DNA of 64,000 bases, taken from IMG/VR virus record IMGVR_UViG_3300029904_000353, positions 1,107-65,106 of that record; one strand, given 5' to 3'. The position numbers and the translations under genes are program-made. Below are positions 26,905 to 34,681 of this stretch, piece after piece (within the stretch, counting starts at the first letter, position 1; every line of letters begins with the position of its first letter). The notes below the pieces were generated by a model. That model was not told the DNA's origin. It did no database searches and saw nothing but the letters and a program-made list of their open reading frames with translations. Source of the DNA: a virus.

Positions 26905-27234
26905 TTACATATATCGCCCGTCTGAACGTCTGCGGTGTCGCTCACCCATGCCTTCGCCGGAATAGCCTCTGCCGCGCTGCCCGTAGTCGCCGCGTTCGCC
27001 CATGTCGTCGTCCTCGTCGTCCACGCCCATGTCGCGCGGCATCGTGCGCTCGCCCATGCCTTGCGTCAGCTCGGGAGGAACGCGGTAGCCCAGCTTCTTC
27101 AGCTTTTTCAAGGCTTTTTCAAAACCGTGTCGGCAACCTTCTTCGTAGGCCTCCTCCACCTCGTCGCGCAGTCCGAAGCCGCCTTCCTGCTCATCGTCGA
27201 TTTCGTGAATCAGTTTAAGATTTCTGTAACTCAT
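26905..27234 (-). CDS. Low-complexity acidic/RG-rich protein
   Basis: EEAYEEGCRHGFEKA helix then MGERGDYGQRGRGYSGEGMGERH repeats. Confidence 0.7.
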   Translation of the reverse strand: MSYRNLKLIHEIDDEQEGGFGLRDEVEEAYEEGCRHGFEKALKKLKKLGYRVPPELTQGMGERTMPRDMGVDDEDDDMGERGDYGQRGRGYSGEGMGERHRRRSDGRYM

Positions 27235-27239
27235 AGTTT

Positions 27240-27764
27240 CTATTGTTTTGGATTCGTCTTTGTTTCGTCCTTTTCTTCCAAACACTTCATCAGTTTCTCG
27301 TTCATGACCTGTAAGCGGGCCAATTGCGCTTTGATTTCTGCCAGTTCCTTATCCTGCTGTTGCTTTGCGGCAATTTCGGGGTTCAGCATGGAAAGCATCT
27401 GCTGGCAGGCGGAAAGGAAGTTCTTATGGTAGTCCACACTGCGGAGAACTTCTTCGCTCTTCTGCTTCATGGTGATGATTTCAGCATTCATCTCGTCACG
27501 CGAGGCAGAAACCAGCATCCCAGTCCGGGTATCGTCTGCAATGTCCATGTTGGCGGGCAATTCTTGCAGGTTCACGTTTTGGCCGTTGATGTTCACCACC
27601 ACGTCCACCACCATAGTAGGTTGTGGATAACCCGCCGCAGATGGCTTGTAGACGGTACGCATCGGAGTGACGCTCACCACTTGCCCGTATTCCAGGCTGG
27701 GACTGTTTCCCGCATTCCGATGAAGAATATACAATGCACTGTTAGGTCGTAAATTCTGAAACAT
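27240..27764 (-). CDS. SH3-like N-terminus + coiled-coil protein
   Basis: MFQNLRPNSALYILH beta region; C-terminal heptads. Confidence 0.75.
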   Translation of the reverse strand: MFQNLRPNSALYILHRNAGNSPSLEYGQVVSVTPMRTVYKPSAAGYPQPTMVVDVVVNINGQNVNLQELPANMDIADDTRTGMLVSASRDEMNAEIITMKQKSEEVLRSVDYHKNFLSACQQMLSMLNPEIAAKQQQDKELAEIKAQLARLQVMNEKLMKCLEEKDETKTNPKQ

Positions 27765-27828
27765 AGTCGAATTGGTTTAGTAATTGGAGAACGCCGCTTG
27801 CACGGCGCCCCGTTTGATTGATAGATTC

Positions 27829-28215
27829 TCAGGCTCCAGCCGTGGCTGTGCTCGGACGGAATCCGCCGTTCACGATATACAACTGGTTGGTGTACCGGTT
27901 GTAGTGAATCTCGTAGATTCCGGGGCCGGCGAAGTTGGCCACCGTGGCTGGTGTGGTGCCGTATTCCAGCAAGGGACGGGTATCACCGTTCGTCCCTATC
28001 AGTATAGGAAGCGTGGCGGTAGTCCCTGCCGGGATGGCATCCCGAAGATCGAGGAAGAAACCGCCCACGTAGTTGCGCCGGTAGAAGGCATGGTTAGGCA
28101 GCTCTATCGTAACATTCTCCGTTCCTACCGTGACACCCGTGCTCGGTATGGTGTTGAAGTTGTTACGTCCCAGATTCGGGAAAAGGAAAGGCAAGTTTGG
28201 AAAGAAGTCCCACAT
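27829..28215 (-). CDS. Small beta-rich protein
   Basis: 128 aa; preceded by AAGGAGGTGA. Confidence 0.75.
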   Translation of the reverse strand: MWDFFPNLPFLFPNLGRNNFNTIPSTGVTVGTENVTIELPNHAFYRRNYVGGFFLDLRDAIPAGTTATLPILIGTNGDTRPLLEYGTTPATVANFAGPGIYEIHYNRYTNQLYIVNGGFRPSTATAGA

Positions 28216-28235
28216 AAGTCACCTCCTTTCCTTCG

Positions 28236-29222
28236 TTAGCCCCAAAATCCTGTGTTGTATCCACCGCAACCATATCCTGCATAACCGCCTGCGGCAGCAC
28301 CGAAGGCAGCGGCACGGGCCACTTCGGGATTATAAACTTGCAACTGCGGGTATGGCACGCTTACCGTGTTGGGAAGCTTGCACTTGATGCCGTCAACCTC
28401 TCCCTGCAAGGATTGGATTCCTGCGACAAGCGGTGCAATCTGCTGAGCCACGCTTCCCATAATAGTTTGTGTCTGATGCTCGTTATTGAGTTGTGCAGCC
28501 AATGTTGCGCTCTTCTGACGTTCCGCATCAAGTTTGTCTTGTAATACACGGGTTTCTGCCGCATCGAGCTTCGCCAAGATAGCTTGCGTTTGAGCTTGTG
28601 TGGCATCCTGCAAGTTACGTGCATTATTATTCATTTCCCGTGTCAGCGTGTTCATGTTCTGACAGTTTTGAAGTTGCGTGGCACAACCTTGCCGTTCTAT
28701 GGCCTGAAGCACGTTGCAGCAACAAGACGACATTTGAGAGATGATGTTGTTATCTCCGGCTTGCAAGGCATTGATTACCTGCGTACCGGTTAGTCCAACC
28801 TGGTTGCCCACCTGCGTAATCGTGTTCTGCACGTTGCACAGGGCCGTCTGCAATTGCTGTGTCGAGCAGTTCAGCGAGGAGGCGATCTGCTGGATGGCAT
28901 TCCCGTTGCCTTGGATGGCCTGCATCAGCAGTTCACGTCCTGCATTTCCTGCCAGTTCAGCAGGCAGGCCATTACTGCCACGACCCCCACCGAAGAAGCC
29001 GCCATTGCCGTTCCAACCGAAGATGCTGGCGATGACCACCAACCAGATGATGCTCCACCAGCCGTCCTGGCCGCCAAAGCCGTTGCGATTGCCCATCAGG
29101 GCCAACAGATTGGGATCGACGCTACGGCCTCCCAACATTCCGGGCAACAGGGCGGTAATATCCAGCTTGCTGCCGCCATTACCTCCGTCGCCACCAAAAA
29201 CATAAGTCCGTTCTGTAGACAT
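28236..29222 (-). CDS. Gly-rich single-TM coiled-coil protein
   Basis: TM GWWSIIWLVVIASIFG, Gly/Asn-rich flank, SSCCCN motif, Q-rich coiled coil. Confidence 0.82.
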   Translation of the reverse strand: MSTERTYVFGGDGGNGGSKLDITALLPGMLGGRSVDPNLLALMGNRNGFGGQDGWWSIIWLVVIASIFGWNGNGGFFGGGRGSNGLPAELAGNAGRELLMQAIQGNGNAIQQIASSLNCSTQQLQTALCNVQNTITQVGNQVGLTGTQVINALQAGDNNIISQMSSCCCNVLQAIERQGCATQLQNCQNMNTLTREMNNNARNLQDATQAQTQAILAKLDAAETRVLQDKLDAERQKSATLAAQLNNEHQTQTIMGSVAQQIAPLVAGIQSLQGEVDGIKCKLPNTVSVPYPQLQVYNPEVARAAAFGAAAGGYAGYGCGGYNTGFWG

Positions 29223-29267
29223 AAATAGTTAAGGTTTAGGTTTACGGGCAATATCGCCCGCCGGAGG

Positions 29268-29275
29268 CAAAGGTA
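29268..29275 (-). promoter_or_regulatory. -7 promoter box for the unknown cassette
   Basis: TACCTTTG on minus strand 46 nt before ATG 29222. Confidence 0.55.
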
Positions 29276-29283
29276 TGGATTGT

Positions 29284-29592
29284 TCATATCGAGGGGAATA
29301 AATTATTTTTCAGCTGTTTGCGAACATTTTGCGCGTAGATTGCAATCATTTTGTTGGTGCTCAGGCGTACTTCATAATGGCCGAGAAGATAGCGTATGGA
29401 TGCCGGCGTTTTCCGCATGTACACGGCAATTTGAACGGGATAGAAACCACGTTCGGAGAGCAGTTTCACGTAGATGCAACGGGCATCCACTACTTCAGTG
29501 TGCTTACAAGATGAAAGTATCTGCGAAGCGGATACTTCTGTCTCCCGGGAGACAGCTTGAAGAATTTCGGCAAAGATTTCACTCTTACACAT
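29284..29592 (-). CDS. HTH protein resembling DnaA C-terminal domain
   Basis: EILQAVSRETEV...ILS...EVVDARCIYVKLL...QIAVYMRKT; start reassigned to ATG 29592. Confidence 0.65.
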   Translation of the reverse strand: MCKSEIFAEILQAVSRETEVSASQILSSCKHTEVVDARCIYVKLLSERGFYPVQIAVYMRKTPASIRYLLGHYEVRLSTNKMIAIYAQNVRKQLKNNLFPSI

Positions 29593-29626
29593 ATCATGTT
29601 TCAATTTTATTGTTTACCTTTGCCCT

Positions 29627-29727
29627 TGTCCAGTATAAAATAAACAAAAGCATAGAACTTCACGTGAAGGCATTTGCCCTCAACGTGGTGGAGTTCTATG
29701 CTCGTACTTTTTGTTTTATGCTGGACA
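29627..29727 (+). ncRNA. About 100-nt long hairpin with its own promoter box
   Basis: TGTCCAGTATAAAA/TTTTATGCTGGACA and GCATAGAACT/AGTTCTATGC stems; TACCTTTG at 29615-29622 just upstream. Confidence 0.5.
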
Positions 29728-29746
29728 CATCAAACAAGAACACGTT

Positions 29747-29775
29747 GGGGGCTTTTCTTTTGCTCTGAAGCCCCC
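29747..29775. terminator. Terminator-like hairpin after lysis genes
   Basis: GGGGGCTT / AAGCCCCC. Confidence 0.5.
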
Positions 29776-29789
29776 GAAAAGAGCCTCGT

Positions 29790-30251
29790 TCAATGCCGCC
29801 TCACATAGACAACGACATACACGACGAGAAAAATGATTAATCCCAGCAACCCGAAGATGGCCACGCCGCCCACATCCTGCTTGAACTGTTGCCACTTGCT
29901 CAACTTTTTCTCCACTTCCACAATTTCCGGTTTGGTAACGGTGACGTATCGGTCGATGAAGTAAGGCACTTCTACCTGTGTAGTAGCAAACGGCCAAATA
30001 CCAAGGGAATGGTGCAACAGGCCGCCGCTCCACTGCGCCCAACTATAGCCGTACGGATTGGACAGGAAAGAAGAGGTGTCTCGCGTGGCGACGCTGTCCT
30101 TATAAGGAACCAGCCGAACGTACATCGACGTGTCATGCACCACCGTGCTGTCCACCCGCACCGTCTCCACGGGGATGTACCGCACCTGCCTGCACGACGC
30201 AAGGCTCAGCAAGGCCAATACATACAATAGGAATATCCCCGCCGTCCTCAT
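29790..30251 (-). CDS. Unimolecular spanin candidate
   Basis: Lipobox LLSLASC, beta-rich middle, C-terminal TM GVAIFGLLGLIIFLVVYVVVYVRRH; after endolysin; start at ATG 30251. Confidence 0.75.
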   Translation of the reverse strand: MRTAGIFLLYVLALLSLASCRQVRYIPVETVRVDSTVVHDTSMYVRLVPYKDSVATRDTSSFLSNPYGYSWAQWSGGLLHHSLGIWPFATTQVEVPYFIDRYVTVTKPEIVEVEKKLSKWQQFKQDVGGVAIFGLLGLIIFLVVYVVVYVRRH

Positions 30252-30652
30252 AGCAGCCCCCACCCCCTTTCCACATCCTCCATCACCGCGTCCACCCCGT
30301 TCTCGTGCCGGGAGATGGCGGCGGCCAGGGCGCACATCGTGCCCTTGTCGTCCACGTCGGGCACCCATGTCGGGGGCACCTGCAAATCGCTGCACACCGC
30401 GCGGGTGTAGGCCGCCGTGTCGTTCTCCGACGGAGGTGCCCAGCGGCCTATCATCTCGGCGAGGGTCTGTAGCTTGTACTTCTTACGGTAGGTTTGAAGC
30501 GTCTTGATCAATGCTCGGTAGCCCCACATCGGGGCGGTGAACTGGAAGAACTGCGGGTCGGTCTGCCGGGCACGCAGGCCCATCCAGCGGTCGTTGCTCC
30601 GGCGGATGTTGCCCGGGTTATTGTTCCGTAATCCTCTGGGTTGATTGTTCAT
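30248..30652 (-). CDS. Endolysin (lysozyme-fold, NNPGNIR family)
   Basis: RGLRNNNPGNIR, WAPPSENDTAAY, AISRHENG motifs; between holin and spanin. Confidence 0.8.
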   Translation of the reverse strand: MNNQPRGLRNNNPGNIRRSNDRWMGLRARQTDPQFFQFTAPMWGYRALIKTLQTYRKKYKLQTLAEMIGRWAPPSENDTAAYTRAVCSDLQVPPTWVPDVDDKGTMCALAAAISRHENGVDAVMEDVERGWGLL

Positions 30653-31148
30653 GATTATCCTCCTTTATCACGTTGATATAATCCTCTTTTTTCCCGCCTG
30701 CCATTTTACGCAGCACGACAGCAGCCACTTCTTTGAAGTTCAAGCTGTACCCTTTCGGCTTGAGGATGTTGCTGATGATGGACAGGAACTCGATGCCGCA
30801 CACCAGCAGGCAAGCCCAACGGTCGATAGCATAGCAGTTGCCCGCTGCCACGTTGATCATGCACACCATGCACACGAACGAGAAGTACGTCACCATCTTG
30901 CCCATCGTACGACGGACGGCTCGGCTCACCCGGACTTCCTCCTTCATCAACAGGCTCTTGCGCACGCCGAAGCACAAGTCGCACACAATCACCGCACAGC
31001 TGACAATCAGCCACGGTACCATGTGTGACAAACTTTCCTGAATAAAAGCAGTGGCCAACGCGGCAAATCCGCTGGACACGCCTTGCGTCACTATGTCTTT
31101 CACCATAAACCGCTCTTTTGAGTCCAAATGTACGCCTGTCTCATCCAT
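30618..31148 (-). CDS. Holin
   Basis: Multiple TM segments, DLCFGVRKS and RRTMGKMVTY motifs, IEFLSIISNI; upstream of endolysin. Confidence 0.8.
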   Translation of the reverse strand: MDETGVHLDSKERFMVKDIVTQGVSSGFAALATAFIQESLSHMVPWLIVSCAVIVCDLCFGVRKSLLMKEEVRVSRAVRRTMGKMVTYFSFVCMVCMINVAAGNCYAIDRWACLLVCGIEFLSIISNILKPKGYSLNFKEVAAVVLRKMAGGKKEDYINVIKEDNHEQSTQRITEQ

Positions 31149-31185
31149 ACCTGACTATATAAAATGGCAATACGAAACACGACAG

Positions 31186-31608
31186 TTACTCCGTCAAGTA
31201 TTTCACCCATGAGAAGTAGGCGGAATTCTCATTATAATTCGCGTCCTTTTCATTAGCATACGCCTCTTGCTCGAACGACACTGCCCGATAGGCTTTATTA
31301 CCGTCACGCAAGATACAAAGGCGGACTACATACTCCACCCCATACCACAGATAATACAGTAACGGAACTACCAAGAACCACCACGCGCTCACACCCCATG
31401 CCAGCACAGCCACCAGCAACAGCAACCCTGTGAGCATCGTCATCTCCGTCCATTGCCTGGCATGGGTGCATTCATGGTTGCGCACATACTGCGGCACTTC
31501 CGATTCCTTCAACTTGGTAAAGACCCACGGGCCTACCGTTATCGTTTCGCAGTGGCTGAAGAACAACAATACTTCGGCTATCCAGCTTTCGTAATAGATG
31601 CGTTTCAT
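31186..31608 (-). CDS. HExxH membrane-associated metallopeptidase-like protein
   Basis: RNHECTHARQW, two TM segments, SFEQEAY. Confidence 0.7.
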   Translation of the reverse strand: MKRIYYESWIAEVLLFFSHCETITVGPWVFTKLKESEVPQYVRNHECTHARQWTEMTMLTGLLLLVAVLAWGVSAWWFLVVPLLYYLWYGVEYVVRLCILRDGNKAYRAVSFEQEAYANEKDANYNENSAYFSWVKYLTE

Positions 31609-31626
31609 AATCAATATGCTTTTGAA

Positions 31627-32118
31627 TTATCCGACTAAATTATAAGCGATAAGAGACAGAAACTCTTCCCTTTTCATTTCCACAGATTCTCCGTTTGCAT
31701 TCAAATAGTCGAAGTTCCCATCTGCTCCGACCAAATCATAGATATCTTCCAAATCCTGTTTTGTCAGTTTCCCGTTTTTAATGTCCACTTGCTCTTCAGC
31801 CTTTCGCTTGCGGGCTTCATTAATAGAATCTACCAAAACAGCCTGTTCTTCTTCGAAGGCTTTCATACTTTCTTCGTCTTTCTCAATCTTTCCTTCTTTC
31901 ATATTGGCGTATTTCTTGGCACGCTCATCATAACCATCATTTTTCAATCCGTTTTCTACTTCTTGTATAGTCCTGAAATACTCATTCAGCTTATTTTGGT
32001 ATGCCACTCTCAACAGCATTACATTAGCTGCTGTTTCTTTACTTAATCTTCTTCCTTCAAATGTCAAAGGAATGTTTTGCAGGATATTCCTGTGATTGTA
32101 AATGTCGTTGTAAGTCAT
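31627..32118 (-). CDS. Hypothetical protein after tail fibre (possible assembly chaperone)
   Basis: 163-aa acidic helical ORF coupled to fibre gene. Confidence 0.65.
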   Translation of the reverse strand: MTYNDIYNHRNILQNIPLTFEGRRLSKETAANVMLLRVAYQNKLNEYFRTIQEVENGLKNDGYDERAKKYANMKEGKIEKDEESMKAFEEEQAVLVDSINEARKRKAEEQVDIKNGKLTKQDLEDIYDLVGADGNFDYLNANGESVEMKREEFLSLIAYNLVG

Positions 32119-34661
32119 AAAACTAAAATTTTTTTAATAGAACATATTTCATTCTCTATATTTACTAATTTGCGAGCAATGCTAATGGACGATAATAAAG
32201 CAATATGAGAATATTCCATTGATAAATACCCTTTACTATCCTCTTGTACTAAATCATGTAAAATTTTTCTCCAGTATTGAGCTGTAGAACCAGCTCCTAA
32301 TTTATTTGTTTTCAACCATCTGAATCTAAAAGATGGAGCTAAAGCAATATCTTCTATCGACAAATTAATATCTTCAATCTTTTCTTTTAATCTTTCATCT
32401 GACGAATTTATTACAGAATTATAGTTATTATTATCAAGCATGTTTCTCCAAGAACTCCATCCATCATAATGCTCTCTAATCAACACTCCTCCATTTATAT
32501 CATTGGGAACGTACATTTGAATTATTGATGAATTAGTATCTCCTTTGAATACTGATAATGTCCCATATCTGTAAATAGTATCTGGACCATTGGAAGGCCA
32601 ATCATATTCAGCTAAATTATAGGCTCCATTATCCTTTATATTATTAACATTATCACTAGCACTCAATCTACCTTTATGCGTAAAATATGAAGATATGCCT
32701 CTACCTGCAAGCATTTCTGAATTCAAATTAGTACATAAAGTTCCATTACTTATAGGGATATTTCCATTTGAATTGCCAAATGAATAAGAGCATTGAGAAA
32801 TAGTTCCTCCATTTAGATAAACAGGACGAGTTGAAGAACCTACAGTAGAAGATAATTTTGTTAAAGTACCATTACTTATATATACTGGGGTATCAGATGA
32901 ACCTACTGTATCAGTATAATCATCAATATAAGTAGCCCCAGAATAATATGCCAATCTTCCAGAGGAACCACTATTTACATTAGCTGATAGATTGTAGGAA
33001 CATTCAGTAGGAATTCCTAAATTTAAGTATATGGGTTTTGAAGTAGCCCCAACCGTTGAATTACCTAATTTATTGACTATTCCCGAGAAATTATTATTGT
33101 CAACAATAGTTCTCCAACTTTGCCAATCATTTACTTCATATTTTTGTCTAATATTGATTCCATAGGAATTATTATGTGGAATATAAATTTGAGTGACGGG
33201 ATGGTCTACACCAGATTTGAATACCAATAACATACCATATTCATACGTATTATCAGGTCCATCAGATGGGAATGATTCTGATAAAATCTGATAAGAACCA
33301 GATTTTACTATATCATCAAAACTTCCATTGCTATATAATCCTGATTCTTCAAAACTATCCAGAATACCATACCCCGATAAGGTCGTAGGTTTTACTCCTT
33401 GCAGAAGAGATTTCCAAGAATTATCCAAATCTGAGATGCTATCCAAATCCGTAGAAACATAATCTGACAGATTTTCATTTATCCATTTCCCACTACTGCT
33501 TATAAGTATTTGGTTATCTTGTAAAGATGCAATATCTACATCCGAAAGTTCTGATAATCCTCCTGTGACAGAACCTTCTTCGCCTTTTTCACCTTGTGGA
33601 ATACCAAGATTTAATTTGTATTTAGGATTACCCTGCAAGTCTGTTCCATCAGGAATTAAAGATGCTGTAGCTGAAGAACCTGGGGCTAATGTGGATGTCT
33701 GACCTATTTCCAATACAGGGGTTTTGCCATCTTCTCCATCAGCTCCAGCAGGACCAGTTCCACCTTGTTCCCCTTGGGGTCCCTGTGGTCCTTCTGGTCC
33801 TGTTTCTCCTTGTAAACCCTGTGCCCCTCTTTCTCCCTGTTCACCTTTTTCTCCTTGAGGGCCTTGTTCTCCAGTATCGCCCTTTTGTCCTTTGGGGATA
33901 GATACATTTACTAAATATTTAGGATTACCACTTGTATCAGTCCCGTTAGATGTAATATCAATAGAAGGTTGTGCAGAAGAATCTACAGAAGTAGCAGTTC
34001 CAGATTCAAATATTGGAGTTTTTCCATCTGCTCCATTTGTGCCATCTGCTCCAGACTCTCCCTTTTCACCTCTTGGAATACCCAAATTTATTTTGTACTT
34101 TGGATTTCCATCTGCACTCACTCCATCTGATTCTACACTGCCTGTGGCGGAAGTATTAGGCTGCAATGTTGTCACAGTACCAGATACAAATACAGGTGTT
34201 TTCCCGTCAAAACCATCCTTGCCTTTAGCTAAAACACCTGTATCTTCGTCACCAATATACCAGTTGCCATTTTCGCCTATATGTGGAGTAGTTCCTGCTT
34301 CTCCCTGCATATAAAAAGGAGGGAGTTCTATACTCACTTCGCAACAATCTGTCCTGTTTGTAGTAAGTATAATCCCTATATCTCTCTTATCCCATAAATC
34401 ACAAATTCCGTCATGAAAATCTTGGTCACTAAGATAAAAATGTCTTGTACAGGTTAAAATTCCAGGGGGAAGATTATGGTCGTCAAATACAACTAAAAGA
34501 CGACCATCTTCCTGTAACTGGCAATTTGTATAAATCCCATCTACATGGCTTGCTACATACTGCCTATCAAAAACAGTACGATATTCAAAGAGAAATGGAA
34601 CAGTAAAGTCACATCCTTCTTCAAACAGTTTAAAATCAGATTTATAATTTATACTATACAT
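32115..34661 (-). CDS. Tail fibre with collagen repeats, two knob-like repeats and C-terminal intramolecular chaperone
   Basis: GxY collagen run, 3x GKTP..GT..T...KY..N..IP.G.KG; duplicated G.Y...P..GP...YG.L.VFK...W.SWR domain; SDERLKEKIEDI (peptidase S74-type) motif. Confidence 0.85.
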   Translation of the reverse strand: MYSINYKSDFKLFEEGCDFTVPFLFEYRTVFDRQYVASHVDGIYTNCQLQEDGRLLVVFDDHNLPPGILTCTRHFYLSDQDFHDGICDLWDKRDIGIILTTNRTDCCEVSIELPPFYMQGEAGTTPHIGENGNWYIGDEDTGVLAKGKDGFDGKTPVFVSGTVTTLQPNTSATGSVESDGVSADGNPKYKINLGIPRGEKGESGADGTNGADGKTPIFESGTATSVDSSAQPSIDITSNGTDTSGNPKYLVNVSIPKGQKGDTGEQGPQGEKGEQGERGAQGLQGETGPEGPQGPQGEQGGTGPAGADGEDGKTPVLEIGQTSTLAPGSSATASLIPDGTDLQGNPKYKLNLGIPQGEKGEEGSVTGGLSELSDVDIASLQDNQILISSSGKWINENLSDYVSTDLDSISDLDNSWKSLLQGVKPTTLSGYGILDSFEESGLYSNGSFDDIVKSGSYQILSESFPSDGPDNTYEYGMLLVFKSGVDHPVTQIYIPHNNSYGINIRQKYEVNDWQSWRTIVDNNNFSGIVNKLGNSTVGATSKPIYLNLGIPTECSYNLSANVNSGSSGRLAYYSGATYIDDYTDTVGSSDTPVYISNGTLTKLSSTVGSSTRPVYLNGGTISQCSYSFGNSNGNIPISNGTLCTNLNSEMLAGRGISSYFTHKGRLSASDNVNNIKDNGAYNLAEYDWPSNGPDTIYRYGTLSVFKGDTNSSIIQMYVPNDINGGVLIREHYDGWSSWRNMLDNNNYNSVINSSDERLKEKIEDINLSIEDIALAPSFRFRWLKTNKLGAGSTAQYWRKILHDLVQEDSKGYLSMEYSHIALLSSISIARKLVNIENEICSIKKILVL

Positions 34662-34681
34662 AAATGATAGTAATGATTTAA

